From an uncultured Victivallales bacterium (lineage in GTDB: Bacteria; Verrucomicrobiota; Lentisphaeria; Victivallales; UBA1829): DNA of 64,000 bases. The notes beneath the pieces are model-generated. The model did no database searches. It worked only from the letters and a program-made list of their open reading frames with translations, and had not been told where the DNA came from. Location: NCBI GenBank assembly GCA_944391115.1, contig CALXSJ010000004.1, positions 101,957 to 165,956 of the forward strand, written 5' to 3'. Below, piece by piece: positions 46,271-56,133 of the stretch; the first letter of the stretch is position 1; each line of letters begins with the position of its first letter. The translations under genes and the position numbers were made by a program.

Positions 46271-48031
46271 TCAAGCGTTCCCGCCCTTCTCCGGTTCATG
46301 CAGGATCACCCTGGCGCTGCGGGGCGGAAGAACCAGCAGACGATCGTCGATCGTCTCACCGCTCCAGAAATCCGCGCACGTCCCGCCGTCAGGAAGACGG
46401 CAGAACATTTTCCCCAGCGGAGCCCGGTTGAAATAGCAGTGAAGGACACCTTCTTCAACGGGAATCGTTCCATGCAGGAATTCCGTATCGTCAAAGCGGG
46501 CGGTTTTCCCGTACATCTGCAGAAGCTTTTCGATCGTCCGGAGAGAGTCTTCCCGCAACTCCGTCAGGATATCGCCCGAGAGCAATGCGCCGCCGGAAGC
46601 GAGAATATGCGCCCTGTGAAAGTCGAATTCCTCCGGGGAAACGGCGGTTCGATTTCCCGTGCTGACGGAGCCGTCCGGAAGAATCTGCCGGGTCGCCAGA
46701 TTTTCCAGAAGCAGACAGTCCGGATCATTGATCCAGAGTCTGCCATTCTGCCAGTTGCGGGAAAAACATTCGCGGGAAAGTTCGTCAAATTTGTCCCAGT
46801 GCCGCGAGATATCATTGGTGACACGCATCGCCGTGCAGGTTCCCAGCGAGGGCCACATCGGAGCGTTGCAGCCGAGGATGACCGCATCCGGACCGGCGCC
46901 CCGGCGGATCGCATCCATCCCCTGCCGGTATGCCTCCGTTCTTGTCATGCCGGGATTGAAACGCCTGCCTCCCGGCATGCAGCCCCAGAGATTGGCATCC
47001 AGTTTGAAATAGGTGCAGCCCCACTCTTCGCGCATGGTGCGGAACACATGACAGAGATATTCGCAGGCTTCCGGATGAGAGCCGTCCAGCATGTACCACG
47101 GGGCGCAGCGCCAGCCGCCGAAACTGCATTGCGCCGATGAAAGAGGCTTTCCCGCCTCATCCCGGACAAACCAGTCCGGATGCCGCTGGAAAAGTTCAGA
47201 TTTCTCTTCCGCAATAAACGGAGCGGCCCAGAGAGCCGGTTCCAGTCCCATTTTTCTGATTTTGCCGCAAAGCTCCTTCACGCCGCCGGGGAAATTCGGA
47301 TGCGGAATCAGCCAGTCCCCCATGAAGCGCTGATATCCGTCATCGATCTGCACATACCGGAAACCCGGCAGCTTCTTCATTGCAAGGCAGTTCTCCTCGA
47401 TGTCGCTTTCCCGGACCGCCGGACCATAACAGTACCAGGAACACCAGCCGGTCAGCGGTTTGTCGTACTGCGGACGCGGATGATAATGGGCAATGCGGTC
47501 CGCGAACTGCGCCAGCTGTTCCTCCCTGCTTCCCCGCGCGGTGACAAACAGCTCCTCCAGTTCCAGCGTGCTGTTCGGAGGAATGGCAAGATTGTCGCAG
47601 TCGATGACAAATTCAATGGTTTCCCCGTTGAAGCGGATCTCGTTGGTGAAGCGCCGGCAGCTGGTGAATCCGGCCAGTTCCGGGGTTTCCCCGTCCGGGA
47701 AAAACTGGATCAGGTTGTAGACGGTGAACATACCGGGACGGACGGGAAAACGGTAATGAAGACGGTCTGTATAAACCGTGGATTGAATCTGTCCGATGGT
47801 TCCCCAGTACTGGGAGAGCATATTGGAGCCTTCCGCATAAAAGCGGGTGTTCGCAGGATACCCCATCGCCTGCCGGTGAACCACCACTTCCCGCAGGAGC
47901 ACCGGCTCTCCGGATGCATTCTCCAGGTGAAAGGCATGGTCACTCCCGTTTTTCACTTTTATCAGTTTCAGACCGTCTGCATGCCCGGAGCAAGTGACGA
48001 TTTCAAACTGGGATTCATTCAGATTCAGCAT
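46271..48031 (-). CDS. GH36-family alpha-galactosidase-like glycoside hydrolase
   Basis: Has GWCSWYCYG, FRYVQIDDGYQ, YFKLDANLWG and INDPDCLLL. The placement of the nucleophile and acid/base Asp residues matches GH36 subgroup enzymes as I recall them. Confidence 0.8.
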   Translation of the reverse strand: MLNLNESQFEIVTCSGHADGLKLIKVKNGSDHAFHLENASGEPVLLREVVVHRQAMGYPANTRFYAEGSNMLSQYWGTIGQIQSTVYTDRLHYRFPVRPGMFTVYNLIQFFPDGETPELAGFTSCRRFTNEIRFNGETIEFVIDCDNLAIPPNSTLELEELFVTARGSREEQLAQFADRIAHYHPRPQYDKPLTGWCSWYCYGPAVRESDIEENCLAMKKLPGFRYVQIDDGYQRFMGDWLIPHPNFPGGVKELCGKIRKMGLEPALWAAPFIAEEKSELFQRHPDWFVRDEAGKPLSSAQCSFGGWRCAPWYMLDGSHPEACEYLCHVFRTMREEWGCTYFKLDANLWGCMPGGRRFNPGMTRTEAYRQGMDAIRRGAGPDAVILGCNAPMWPSLGTCTAMRVTNDISRHWDKFDELSRECFSRNWQNGRLWINDPDCLLLENLATRQILPDGSVSTGNRTAVSPEEFDFHRAHILASGGALLSGDILTELREDSLRTIEKLLQMYGKTARFDDTEFLHGTIPVEEGVLHCYFNRAPLGKMFCRLPDGGTCADFWSGETIDDRLLVLPPRSARVILHEPEKGGNA

Positions 48032-48315
48032 TGCATTCTCCCTTTGCTTTCAAATGATTAAAACAGGACGGACTCCATTCATTCCCCAGGCATAAGCAGG
48101 AAAGCCCTGTGACGCATTACAGTAACATTCAGAGCAGACTTTTCAACCCCGGATTCCGGTGTCATTGCGAAAAAGGAAGAAAGATTTCCCGAAAGCTGCA
48201 GGAGAGCAGAAATGCGGCAGCCGGAAATCCGCATGCTATGCTGTCTTTCCTTTTTCCAAGGAGTGTCTCACCATCTCTGCTTGCTGTTTTTTACCGAAAT
48301 TATTTCCGGGCAATC

Positions 48316-48343
48316 TTGACATTTTCCAGATTTCAATTATATT
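48316..48343 (+). promoter_or_regulatory. Sigma-70-like promoter; would give a ~245-nt leader for the GH31 gene
   Basis: TTGACA (48316-48321), a 16-nt spacer, then TATATT (48338-48343). Confidence 0.45.
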
Positions 48344-48594
48344 TCCTATTATATCGATACAGCTCCCCCTGAAGTTCAAAGTCTCAACAATGCCGATGCA
48401 AATGCGGAAAACATCAAGGGATGAATCGAAAAGCCCGATCCGCCTGCATGATGAAATGCGGGAGGGAATTATGCCGAAAGCCAATCCGGCATATGTCGAC
48501 AAAACATCCAACATGGATTCGGAATATCCGGAGCAGTCCGCTGCCTCCGGCAGGAATTTCAAGAGATACAGAACAGAAAAGAAGGAGATCAATC

Positions 48595-51114
48595 ATGGTA
48601 GCTCGAATTTCCACAGATTCCGTCAATTGCCAATGCTGTTATTTTCAGCTTTCCGACAGCGCTTTTCTGGAAGTTTCCGGTCTGCCCGGCAATGCCGTCC
48701 GGGTGCGGATGCAGCCTGAATTTCCGTTCCGCGAGAAAGAGGAATTCATCTTCGGGAAATACCAGGCGCTGCAACCGGATGTCGAAGAAACGCCGGAGAA
48801 CTTTATCATCCGGTTTCCCGGAATTTCCGTCCGCCTGGACAAGGCGGCGGAAGCACTGAGCTTTTTCAATGAAACGGGAGAACGGCTTCTGGGGGAGATC
48901 CCGGGGAGCCGCTTCTTTCAGAAGAAAAACAATTTCCGCTCCGCCGGGATAGCCTTCGACTCGCCGCCGGATGAGGCATTGTTCGGACTGGGGGAATTCC
49001 AGGACGGCGCCTTGAACATCAGAAACCTTCCACGGCGTCTGATTCAGGTCAATACGCAGGCATCTCTGCCGATGCTGTATTCGACCCGGGGCTACGGGCT
49101 TCTGTGGCACAACTACAGCATGACCGAATTCAATCCGGGGGAAATTGCGATTCCCCTGACCAAAACAGGCGAAGGTCAGTCGCAGGAAATCGAAGTCACG
49201 ACTTCCGAAGGGGGAAGCAAAGACTCTTCGAGCCTTGCACTCTGGACGGGCGAATTCCGGACGGAGGAAAGCGGAGAATTCGCATTCGCCCTGGATTGCG
49301 GACAGGTGATGACCCGCACCCATGTTCTCAGGATCGACGGGCAGACCGTCTTTCAGCGCCGGAATTTCTGGCTCCCGCCGTTCATGGGGGGGAGAATCCG
49401 CCTGGAAGCGGGGCTCCATCGTGTTGAAGTCGAGAACGAATCCCGCGATATTCCCGTTCTGACATACCGCGCAGACCGGAACCGGACCGTCTTCCGCTCC
49501 GATCTCACGACCGGAATCGATTACATCGTGTTTTCCGGGAGCGCGCCGGAAGTGACGAAGCATTTCCGGGCCCTCTCCGGCCAGGTGCCGATGCTCCCGA
49601 AATACGCGTTCGGCTACTGGCACTGTCGGGAACGCTACGTCAGCGGGGAAGAGCTGCTGGAAAACCTGCGCGAATTCCGGAAACGCGGCCTGCCGCTGGA
49701 CATTATCGTGCAGGACTGGCAATGGTGGGAGGACGGGAAATGGAACTCCATGGTGTTCGACCCCGTCCGTTTTCCGGATCCCGCGGGCTTGAATGCGCAG
49801 GTGCATGCACTGCATGCCAGAAGCATGTTTTCCGTCTGGTCGGTTGTCACCCGGAAATGCACATTCGGAACTGCCCTCCAGGAAGCGGACGGTTACATCG
49901 GAACAACCGACTGTGTCGATTTTTCCAATCCATCCATCGCCGACCTCTACTGCCGTCAATTCTACAATCAGCTGGTGACAACTGGAATCGACAGCTGGTG
50001 GTTTGATGCCACCGAACCGGGAGACGATGCGTTGAAAGACCGGAAGCTCCATCTCGGCGAAGGTAATTTCTACCGGAATATCTATCCTCTTCTGGTCAAT
50101 ACCTGCGTCGGAAAAACATTGCGGCAGAAACAGCCGGACCGGCGCGCACTTGTGCTGACACGCTGTGCGTTTTCCGGACAGCAGAGGATCGGACAGGTGA
50201 TCTGGAGCGGCGATGTCGGAAGTCAATGGCAGGATTTCCGGACCCAGATTACCGCCGGACTGGGAACCATGCTGACCGGGCTCGCCTACTGGACCAGCGA
50301 CGCGGGCGGTTTTTTCCGTCCGAAAAACCAGTATGACGATCCGGACTATCACAAACGCCTGATCCGCTGGTTTGAATTCGCCACTTTCTGCCCGGTCCAG
50401 CGCGTTCACGGATTCTCAAGCAGAACGGAACCATGGCGCTTCGGCGAGACGGTGGAGAAGGTTTTCCGCAAATATCTGGAACTGCGTTATCGTCTGCTGC
50501 CCTACATCTATACGCTGGCAGGGGACGTCGCAAGCCGGGGATACACGATGATGCGTCCCATGGTCATGGATTTCGCCTCCGACCGGGAAGCGTTGCGGAA
50601 TGAAACGCAGTATATGTTCGGTCCGTCCATTCTGGTGGCTCCCGTATGCGAAGACACGGAAACGGCGGAAGTCTATCTGCCGGAAAAAGAGGAGTGGATC
50701 GATTTCTGGACCGGGAAGCGTTACCGCGGCGGACAGTATGTCAGCGTGGACGCTCCGCTGGACCGGATCCCCCTCTTTCTGAAAGCCGGCTCCATCCTTC
50801 CATGGGGTCCCGCGATGCAGTATGTCGGCGAAAAGGACGACGCGCCGGAGTTCAGAATCTGCGACGGGAAGGACGCGGAGTTCATGTTGTATGAAGACGA
50901 CGGAACCAGTTACCGCTATGAACAAAAGGAATTCAGCAGAATCCGTTTCTTTTGGAATGAATCGAAGCGTCAGCTCACAATCGGAGAGCAGGAGGGAGAA
51001 TTCACGGGCATGCCGCGCGACAGGGAATTCCGGATCTCCAGATTCTCGTGCCCGGAATGCCGCGTGACCGTCCATTATCACGGAGAAAAGCTGGCAATTG
51101 ATCTCCCCTGGTAA
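48595..51114 (+). CDS. GH31-family glycoside hydrolase (alpha-glucosidase/alpha-xylosidase-like)
   Basis: ATG at 48595 after GAAGGAG. Motifs LDIIVQDWQWW, GIDSWWFDATEPG (nucleophile Asp region), WSGDVGSQW and RVHG. Confidence 0.9.
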   Translation: MVARISTDSVNCQCCYFQLSDSAFLEVSGLPGNAVRVRMQPEFPFREKEEFIFGKYQALQPDVEETPENFIIRFPGISVRLDKAAEALSFFNETGERLLGEIPGSRFFQKKNNFRSAGIAFDSPPDEALFGLGEFQDGALNIRNLPRRLIQVNTQASLPMLYSTRGYGLLWHNYSMTEFNPGEIAIPLTKTGEGQSQEIEVTTSEGGSKDSSSLALWTGEFRTEESGEFAFALDCGQVMTRTHVLRIDGQTVFQRRNFWLPPFMGGRIRLEAGLHRVEVENESRDIPVLTYRADRNRTVFRSDLTTGIDYIVFSGSAPEVTKHFRALSGQVPMLPKYAFGYWHCRERYVSGEELLENLREFRKRGLPLDIIVQDWQWWEDGKWNSMVFDPVRFPDPAGLNAQVHALHARSMFSVWSVVTRKCTFGTALQEADGYIGTTDCVDFSNPSIADLYCRQFYNQLVTTGIDSWWFDATEPGDDALKDRKLHLGEGNFYRNIYPLLVNTCVGKTLRQKQPDRRALVLTRCAFSGQQRIGQVIWSGDVGSQWQDFRTQITAGLGTMLTGLAYWTSDAGGFFRPKNQYDDPDYHKRLIRWFEFATFCPVQRVHGFSSRTEPWRFGETVEKVFRKYLELRYRLLPYIYTLAGDVASRGYTMMRPMVMDFASDREALRNETQYMFGPSILVAPVCEDTETAEVYLPEKEEWIDFWTGKRYRGGQYVSVDAPLDRIPLFLKAGSILPWGPAMQYVGEKDDAPEFRICDGKDAEFMLYEDDGTSYRYEQKEFSRIRFFWNESKRQLTIGEQEGEFTGMPRDREFRISRFSCPECRVTVHYHGEKLAIDLPW

Positions 51115-51363
51115 TGCCCCGCGCTTGTCCGCGCCTTGCGGAAGCATGACGGGATTGCGGCATCGGGGAAACGGACCGACAGCGTGCGGGATCCGGAAAT
51201 TTCAGTTTCCGTTTCCACAGGAGAGTCCGGCCATCGGGACAGAAAAAAAAGACGGCATGCGAAACTTCGCCGGTAAAAAATCCGGTTCGGGACGCTCTGC
51301 CGTCTTCCTCTTCCGGAGCGCGCCAAGAATGATAAGGAACGCGCTCCGCGGAAACTACCGTGA

Positions 51364-52206
51364 TTACTGGAGTTCCTTCTTCACCATGTTCTTCAGATAA
51401 TCCCCCACGGACTGTTTGGCCTGAAACGCCTTTTCGGACAGGGCCTTGTAATCGCTGAGGCTCATGTAGACCTCCTGCGGGAGAAGCATCTTGTTCCAGG
51501 CGGGCTGCGCCTTGGCAAGCTGTTCATCCGTCATGCCGAACGCCCGAAGAATCCCTTCGGCAAGCATGATGTTTCCAAGAGGATTCATGAAAATGCCATT
51601 ATGTGTCAGAAGATTGCCTTTGACGCCCGGATGTTTCGCCTTGATGTCTGCAAGGCGCTTCTGCATGTCGGCGTTCACATCCACGAGCGTGCAGGATTTT
51701 TCCTTGGCAAGCGTGCGCAGAAAATCATTATATCCGGCGAGTTTCTGATTGTTGGGATGGTCCGGATTTTCCGTAATCATCGTCGAGGTGAGAATATAAA
51801 CCTTGATCCCGGCCGCCAGAGCCTTGTCCACAATCTGCGTCATGTTTTTCTTGTAGTCTTCAAGAGAGACGCCGCGTTTCCCCTGCTGAACATCGGACAT
51901 CCCGCAGCTCAGAACCATAATCTGGGGAGCCTTCTGAATGACATCGCGATCCATGCGTCCCAGCATCTGATTGGATTTATGGCCGCTGGCTCCGGCGGGA
52001 ATCTTGACGGCTTTCACGCCGTTTGTCTGCAGAGCCGACATCACCAGATTGAGAAATCCGGCCCGGCCATTGCCCATGCGCGTGACAGTGTCTCCCATGA
52101 AGACAATTTTGTCCCCGCTCTTGACAGCGATCTGAGCGGACAGCGCGGATGCGGCCATACACAGGGCTCCGCCGAGCAGAATGTGCAGTGTTTTTCCTTT
52201 GAACAT
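51364..52206 (-). CDS. SGNH/GDSL-fold protein with substituted catalytic signature residues
   Basis: Signal peptide MFKGKTLHILLGGALCMAASALSA. Block I reads FMGDTVT (Thr in place of Ser). Block III reads GMSD (Ser in place of Asn). Block V reads NGIFMNPLG where DGIHxNPxG is expected. Confidence 0.7.
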   Translation of the reverse strand: MFKGKTLHILLGGALCMAASALSAQIAVKSGDKIVFMGDTVTRMGNGRAGFLNLVMSALQTNGVKAVKIPAGASGHKSNQMLGRMDRDVIQKAPQIMVLSCGMSDVQQGKRGVSLEDYKKNMTQIVDKALAAGIKVYILTSTMITENPDHPNNQKLAGYNDFLRTLAKEKSCTLVDVNADMQKRLADIKAKHPGVKGNLLTHNGIFMNPLGNIMLAEGILRAFGMTDEQLAKAQPAWNKMLLPQEVYMSLSDYKALSEKAFQAKQSVGDYLKNMVKKELQ

Positions 52207-52376
52207 CTTACCTTTCTCCTTTTTTTGTTTTTTTGTTTTATATCAGGATGGAGATTTTCTGCCGGAATCTCCATCCGGTGAAATACCTGTTGCGGAACAT
52301 CAGAAATGGTCCGCATCATTCACAACGCCGGATTGCGGAACCTGCAGCGCATCCGGCGGAAATTCCGGATTGCGCC

Positions 52377-53477
52377 TCAGATCACTTCGAGCTCATCGCG
52401 GGAAGGGAAACGCGGGAAAGGCACAGTCGGGAGCGTCTGGTACCAGTAGGCAACCGAGGAAATGTCGTGCTGCCCCGGATAGAGCCGCCCATTGCTGCGC
52501 CAGCCCAAAGCCTGAATCGTGACTCTCAGATCCTGTTCAAAACGAATGGGATCCATGATATGCCAGCGGTACATCGCGTGGCAGTGCTGCGTCTGATAGA
52601 GTCCGTCCGGCTTGATGACCTGATGCATCCCCATGAAGGGGGTCGAATAGGTCACATACTGTCCGTCCACTTCCCAGTTGTGGGCCCCGCCGAAATAATC
52701 CTCCGTTCCCGTCCCGCAGATGGTCGGGAACTCCCCGTCGCCGTCCAGATAGAACTTGATTTCTCCTTCGCCCCACCAGTTGTTGTTGTGGATTCCCCAG
52801 CCCATGACGGTTCCGACGTAATGACCGCGTCCCCGCACCTGATCCAGAATCGTATAGACCTCTTTATAAGGCAGCGGGTTGACACGCCGGAACTGCGCAT
52901 GGAAATAAGCGCAGTCGTCCGGAACATCCGTCAGCGTGTAGTTGATCTGATGAAAACAGGGCTTGCCCTCTTCCTGATTGAGATTCTGCACCGTGATCCG
53001 GCAGTTTTTCCGGAAGGGCATCTCCCAGAAACAGTTCATCCCGCGGTTCGGATTGATGACGACCGGAAGGGAGTTCAGCAGAACCAGAGGCCCTTTCGTT
53101 CCGCGCTCGGAAAATTTCACCCACGGCGCACCGAAAAAGTCGCAGATGGGCACTTCCACGGAAGGATGCTCCTGACCGTCCCAGTAAATCCGCAGGATCA
53201 TCTCCCGGGTAACCGCGGCGGCAAACCACATGCTCTGAATTGCGCCGGGACCGTCGATATTCGCAAGCTCCAGCGTTTCTCCCGGCTCCACGTTGCGGCA
53301 GGCGCTGCATTTCCAGCCGCGCCCCAGCTCGCGCGCATGTTTATGCGGATCCGGTTCGGCCATCGCCCCCGCGCCCTTCCCTCCGGTCGGGTTCTCCCCG
53401 CAGATGGAGCGGCTCTGCGCGTGCGACAGACGCGAAAGATTGCCGAGATTCATCCCGAGACCGTTGAATTTTTCCAT
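52377..53477 (-). CDS. DUF2961 / GH172-family glycoside hydrolase
   Basis: 366 aa. The N-terminal pattern LSRLSHAQSRSICGENPTGGKG and the double jelly-roll-like length match DUF2961 proteins as I recall them. Confidence 0.75.
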   Translation of the reverse strand: MEKFNGLGMNLGNLSRLSHAQSRSICGENPTGGKGAGAMAEPDPHKHARELGRGWKCSACRNVEPGETLELANIDGPGAIQSMWFAAAVTREMILRIYWDGQEHPSVEVPICDFFGAPWVKFSERGTKGPLVLLNSLPVVINPNRGMNCFWEMPFRKNCRITVQNLNQEEGKPCFHQINYTLTDVPDDCAYFHAQFRRVNPLPYKEVYTILDQVRGRGHYVGTVMGWGIHNNNWWGEGEIKFYLDGDGEFPTICGTGTEDYFGGAHNWEVDGQYVTYSTPFMGMHQVIKPDGLYQTQHCHAMYRWHIMDPIRFEQDLRVTIQALGWRSNGRLYPGQHDISSVAYWYQTLPTVPFPRFPSRDELEVI

Positions 53478-53536
53478 GATCTTTCTCCTTCCTTCATTTC
53501 TGTATGGTCCAATTCAAAAATTCTTCTCTGAACCTG

Positions 53537-56098
53537 TTATTTCCCCGCCCTGCCGGATGGCTGAAGAATCACCCCTTTTCCAGGTTCCAGGGGAACAGGT
53601 GTCCCGGCGGGATAGTCCGCCGCCTCCTGAAACCCGGGAATTCCGGGAGCGGTCCAGTCCTCTTCCAAAACAGCATCTGCCGTTTCCGGATGCCATGAAG
53701 CAAGCGCAAGCAGCATATTTCCCTGCGCATTGGTAAAACGCGCCGCCCGGATCCGCGGATCGGACCGCCTCAGGAACGGCGTGTCAAAATCCGATTCGAT
53801 CCGCAGCCCCTCAAGTCCGAAGGTGTCAAAAAAGCGCCAGAGACTGCGGGGATCGCCCGACCAGCCGTACCGCGAAGTCATCCCGAACAGGATGCCGCGC
53901 CAGGGATTTCCCCCGCCCCGCAGCATTTCCCCGGTCAGTCCGAACGGCAGTCCGGAGATCTCCGTCAGGTAATATTCCGGAGACGCCGCCTCGTAATCAA
54001 AACTTTCTCCCAGCCACAGATCCGTCATATAGGGCAGCTTCGCCATGTCGCGGTAAACGACGGAACAGTTTCCGAAATCACGCTTCCGGTGGAAGGGGAA
54101 AGGATTCCAGGCATGGAAATCAAGGATGGGATCACACTTCCGGTATTTCCGGAAAATGCGGTGCACCCTGCGGAACCCCTCTGCGGAGAGAGAGCTGTCA
54201 TCCAGATAAAGACCGTCCAGCGGACAACGTTCCAGAAGATAGCGCAGTCCTTCAAGATAGAAGTTTTCCAGCCTGCCTCCCGGCGTAGTCAAAAGCGCAA
54301 GGTCAAGCGTGCCCGCCAGCTCCCCGTTCTTGACGACCTCCGCCCAGGCGGGAAGGAAATCGCGGCCGAGTCTTTCACAGAGCCATGGATGGGGACCGGC
54401 GGGATTGGTGCACGGACGTGCCGTTTCTCCCGGACCCGGATAGAAAATTTCATCCTCCATGCTGCGAAACGCCCAGAACTCCGGCGCATGCACCGACAGT
54501 TCCCGGATGGTGTAGTAGCAGAGAACTTTCAACCCGTTCCGATGCGCCCGCTCCACAAAAGAAGCCAGTTTCGGAAGCGAAACATTCAAAAACGGATAAT
54601 TGATGCAGGGATTCATCGCAATCCCGTGATGAAGATTGACGCAGGTGACACCTTCTCGGCGGAGGGAGGCGAAGTCAAGGGCCTCAAGCGGATCCGCGCC
54701 TCCGATTTCAAACCCGTGAATCATCGGATGATAGAACCGTTCACGGAAAAAACGCTCCCGTCCCGCCGGATGGAACGGCGTAATCCGGAATTCAAACGGA
54801 AAATGAAGCTCATGATTTTTCCGGAGCGGCGTTTCTCCGCTGAACAAAATGGCGGAAACCACTCCCTCCTCCCGGGCCAGACGGATTCCTCCGCGTCCGC
54901 CGTTCTCCCATGCGGGAGGCGGAGTCAGAGGAGAAAAGCTGTAATAGGCATTGACCAGCGGCTCCCGGGCGCCCGGATCGGAAAGACGCACCTGCATGCC
55001 CCCGTTCAGACTTCCGATCCAGTAACCATCCTGCCAGCGGCTCCGGTCCCAGTACCAGTCCAGACGTTCCGGACAAGGTCCGCCATGGAGGTCAAGTCCG
55101 AGGAAATAATCTTTCTGAAGATGCCGCAGTTCAAGCTGGAAAGAATCCGCGCCATCCTCCGGCAGCGATACGAGAAAAGAGAAACGCATCGTGCCGTCAA
55201 ATTCCAGGGAACCATTCAGACGCGCAGGCAGTTTCCCAAGAGTTCCGCGCACCTCCCAGCGGACTTCCGTTTCCTTCTCGCTCCGGAATGCCAGTTCCCC
55301 CTGAAACACCGCGCCGGAACGCGTCCCGAATACGGCGGACGCCCCGAGCAGATCCAGCGCCGGACCGTCGCAGAAGCTGTTGTCGTCCCGGAAAGAACTC
55401 GTGATCCGGCGCGGGAGACCGTTTTCTCCCAGTTCCAGCGTATGGCCGAGCCATGACAGCGTCAGGCCATCGCGGCGAATCGGAAGATACGGGGGAAATA
55501 CGGTGTCCTCCTTCCCGATTTCCGAATCCAGCCACCGGAGACGGGCGAGACGCCTGTCATCGCTTTCGCCGCCGTCCTCCAGAACAGCCCCCTCAACATG
55601 CAGAGAGAGCGCTATTGTCTGAGGCGGGAAATTCTCCGTTTCAACCCGAAACGTCAGACGGTGTTCCCCGGATGCCGAACGCGGAATCTCCACCCCCGCC
55701 CAGAGCGGACGCACCGAATGGGACGCCTGATTCAGCCGATGTCCGGAACGGAGATTGAAACAACGCCAGGAAAACGGAACACTCTCCGCCTCCAGACGAA
55801 GATCCCCCAACCACTCTTCCGGCGTCCAGACCACCAGCTGGAAAACAAAAAACTCGCCAGGATTCGCCGTGAAGCGGAATGCTTCCTGCAGCAGAATTTC
55901 AGGGATGTTTTTGAAATCGGTCACCGGATATTCCCGGGGAACGGCAAACAGATAATACGGCCGTTTCCCCCTGGCGAAAAACGCTTCCCGCATCTCCCGC
56001 GACGCGGGAATGCGCATTTCCGGAGCGTCCGGAAACAACAGATGGAATTCCGAATTTTTCACCTGACGCTCATTCGCCACATTCTCTTTTTCCGCCAT
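53537..56098 (-). CDS. Large putative glycoside hydrolase-like protein (DUF4091/DUF6067-type resemblance); function unknown
   Basis: 853-aa ORF with good coding character and no obvious signal peptide. Segments NLHHGIAMNPCINYPF, LWLGESFDYEAASPEYYLTEISGLPFG and GGNPWRGILFGM resemble DUF4091-type proteins from memory only. Confidence 0.6.
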   Translation of the reverse strand: MAEKENVANERQVKNSEFHLLFPDAPEMRIPASREMREAFFARGKRPYYLFAVPREYPVTDFKNIPEILLQEAFRFTANPGEFFVFQLVVWTPEEWLGDLRLEAESVPFSWRCFNLRSGHRLNQASHSVRPLWAGVEIPRSASGEHRLTFRVETENFPPQTIALSLHVEGAVLEDGGESDDRRLARLRWLDSEIGKEDTVFPPYLPIRRDGLTLSWLGHTLELGENGLPRRITSSFRDDNSFCDGPALDLLGASAVFGTRSGAVFQGELAFRSEKETEVRWEVRGTLGKLPARLNGSLEFDGTMRFSFLVSLPEDGADSFQLELRHLQKDYFLGLDLHGGPCPERLDWYWDRSRWQDGYWIGSLNGGMQVRLSDPGAREPLVNAYYSFSPLTPPPAWENGGRGGIRLAREEGVVSAILFSGETPLRKNHELHFPFEFRITPFHPAGRERFFRERFYHPMIHGFEIGGADPLEALDFASLRREGVTCVNLHHGIAMNPCINYPFLNVSLPKLASFVERAHRNGLKVLCYYTIRELSVHAPEFWAFRSMEDEIFYPGPGETARPCTNPAGPHPWLCERLGRDFLPAWAEVVKNGELAGTLDLALLTTPGGRLENFYLEGLRYLLERCPLDGLYLDDSSLSAEGFRRVHRIFRKYRKCDPILDFHAWNPFPFHRKRDFGNCSVVYRDMAKLPYMTDLWLGESFDYEAASPEYYLTEISGLPFGLTGEMLRGGGNPWRGILFGMTSRYGWSGDPRSLWRFFDTFGLEGLRIESDFDTPFLRRSDPRIRAARFTNAQGNMLLALASWHPETADAVLEEDWTAPGIPGFQEAADYPAGTPVPLEPGKGVILQPSGRAGK

Positions 56099-56133
56099 AA
56101 AAACCTCGCATGCTCCTTATGGTTCTGATCCGC

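Noticed and set aside
44711-47140. 809-aa plus-strand ORF, the longest non-annotated ORF
   Set aside because: Its first half is an alternate frame of the MFS transporter gene, and its second half is antisense to the GH36 gene. It is Arg/Gly/His-rich with no hydrophobic core pattern.
48589-50409. 606-aa minus-strand ORF, and likewise 56110..58074 plus strand (654 aa) and 58241..60646 plus-strand ORFs
   Set aside because: They are antisense to the GH31 gene and to the two ABC permease genes, respectively. The sense frames carry GH31 catalytic motifs and EAA loops.
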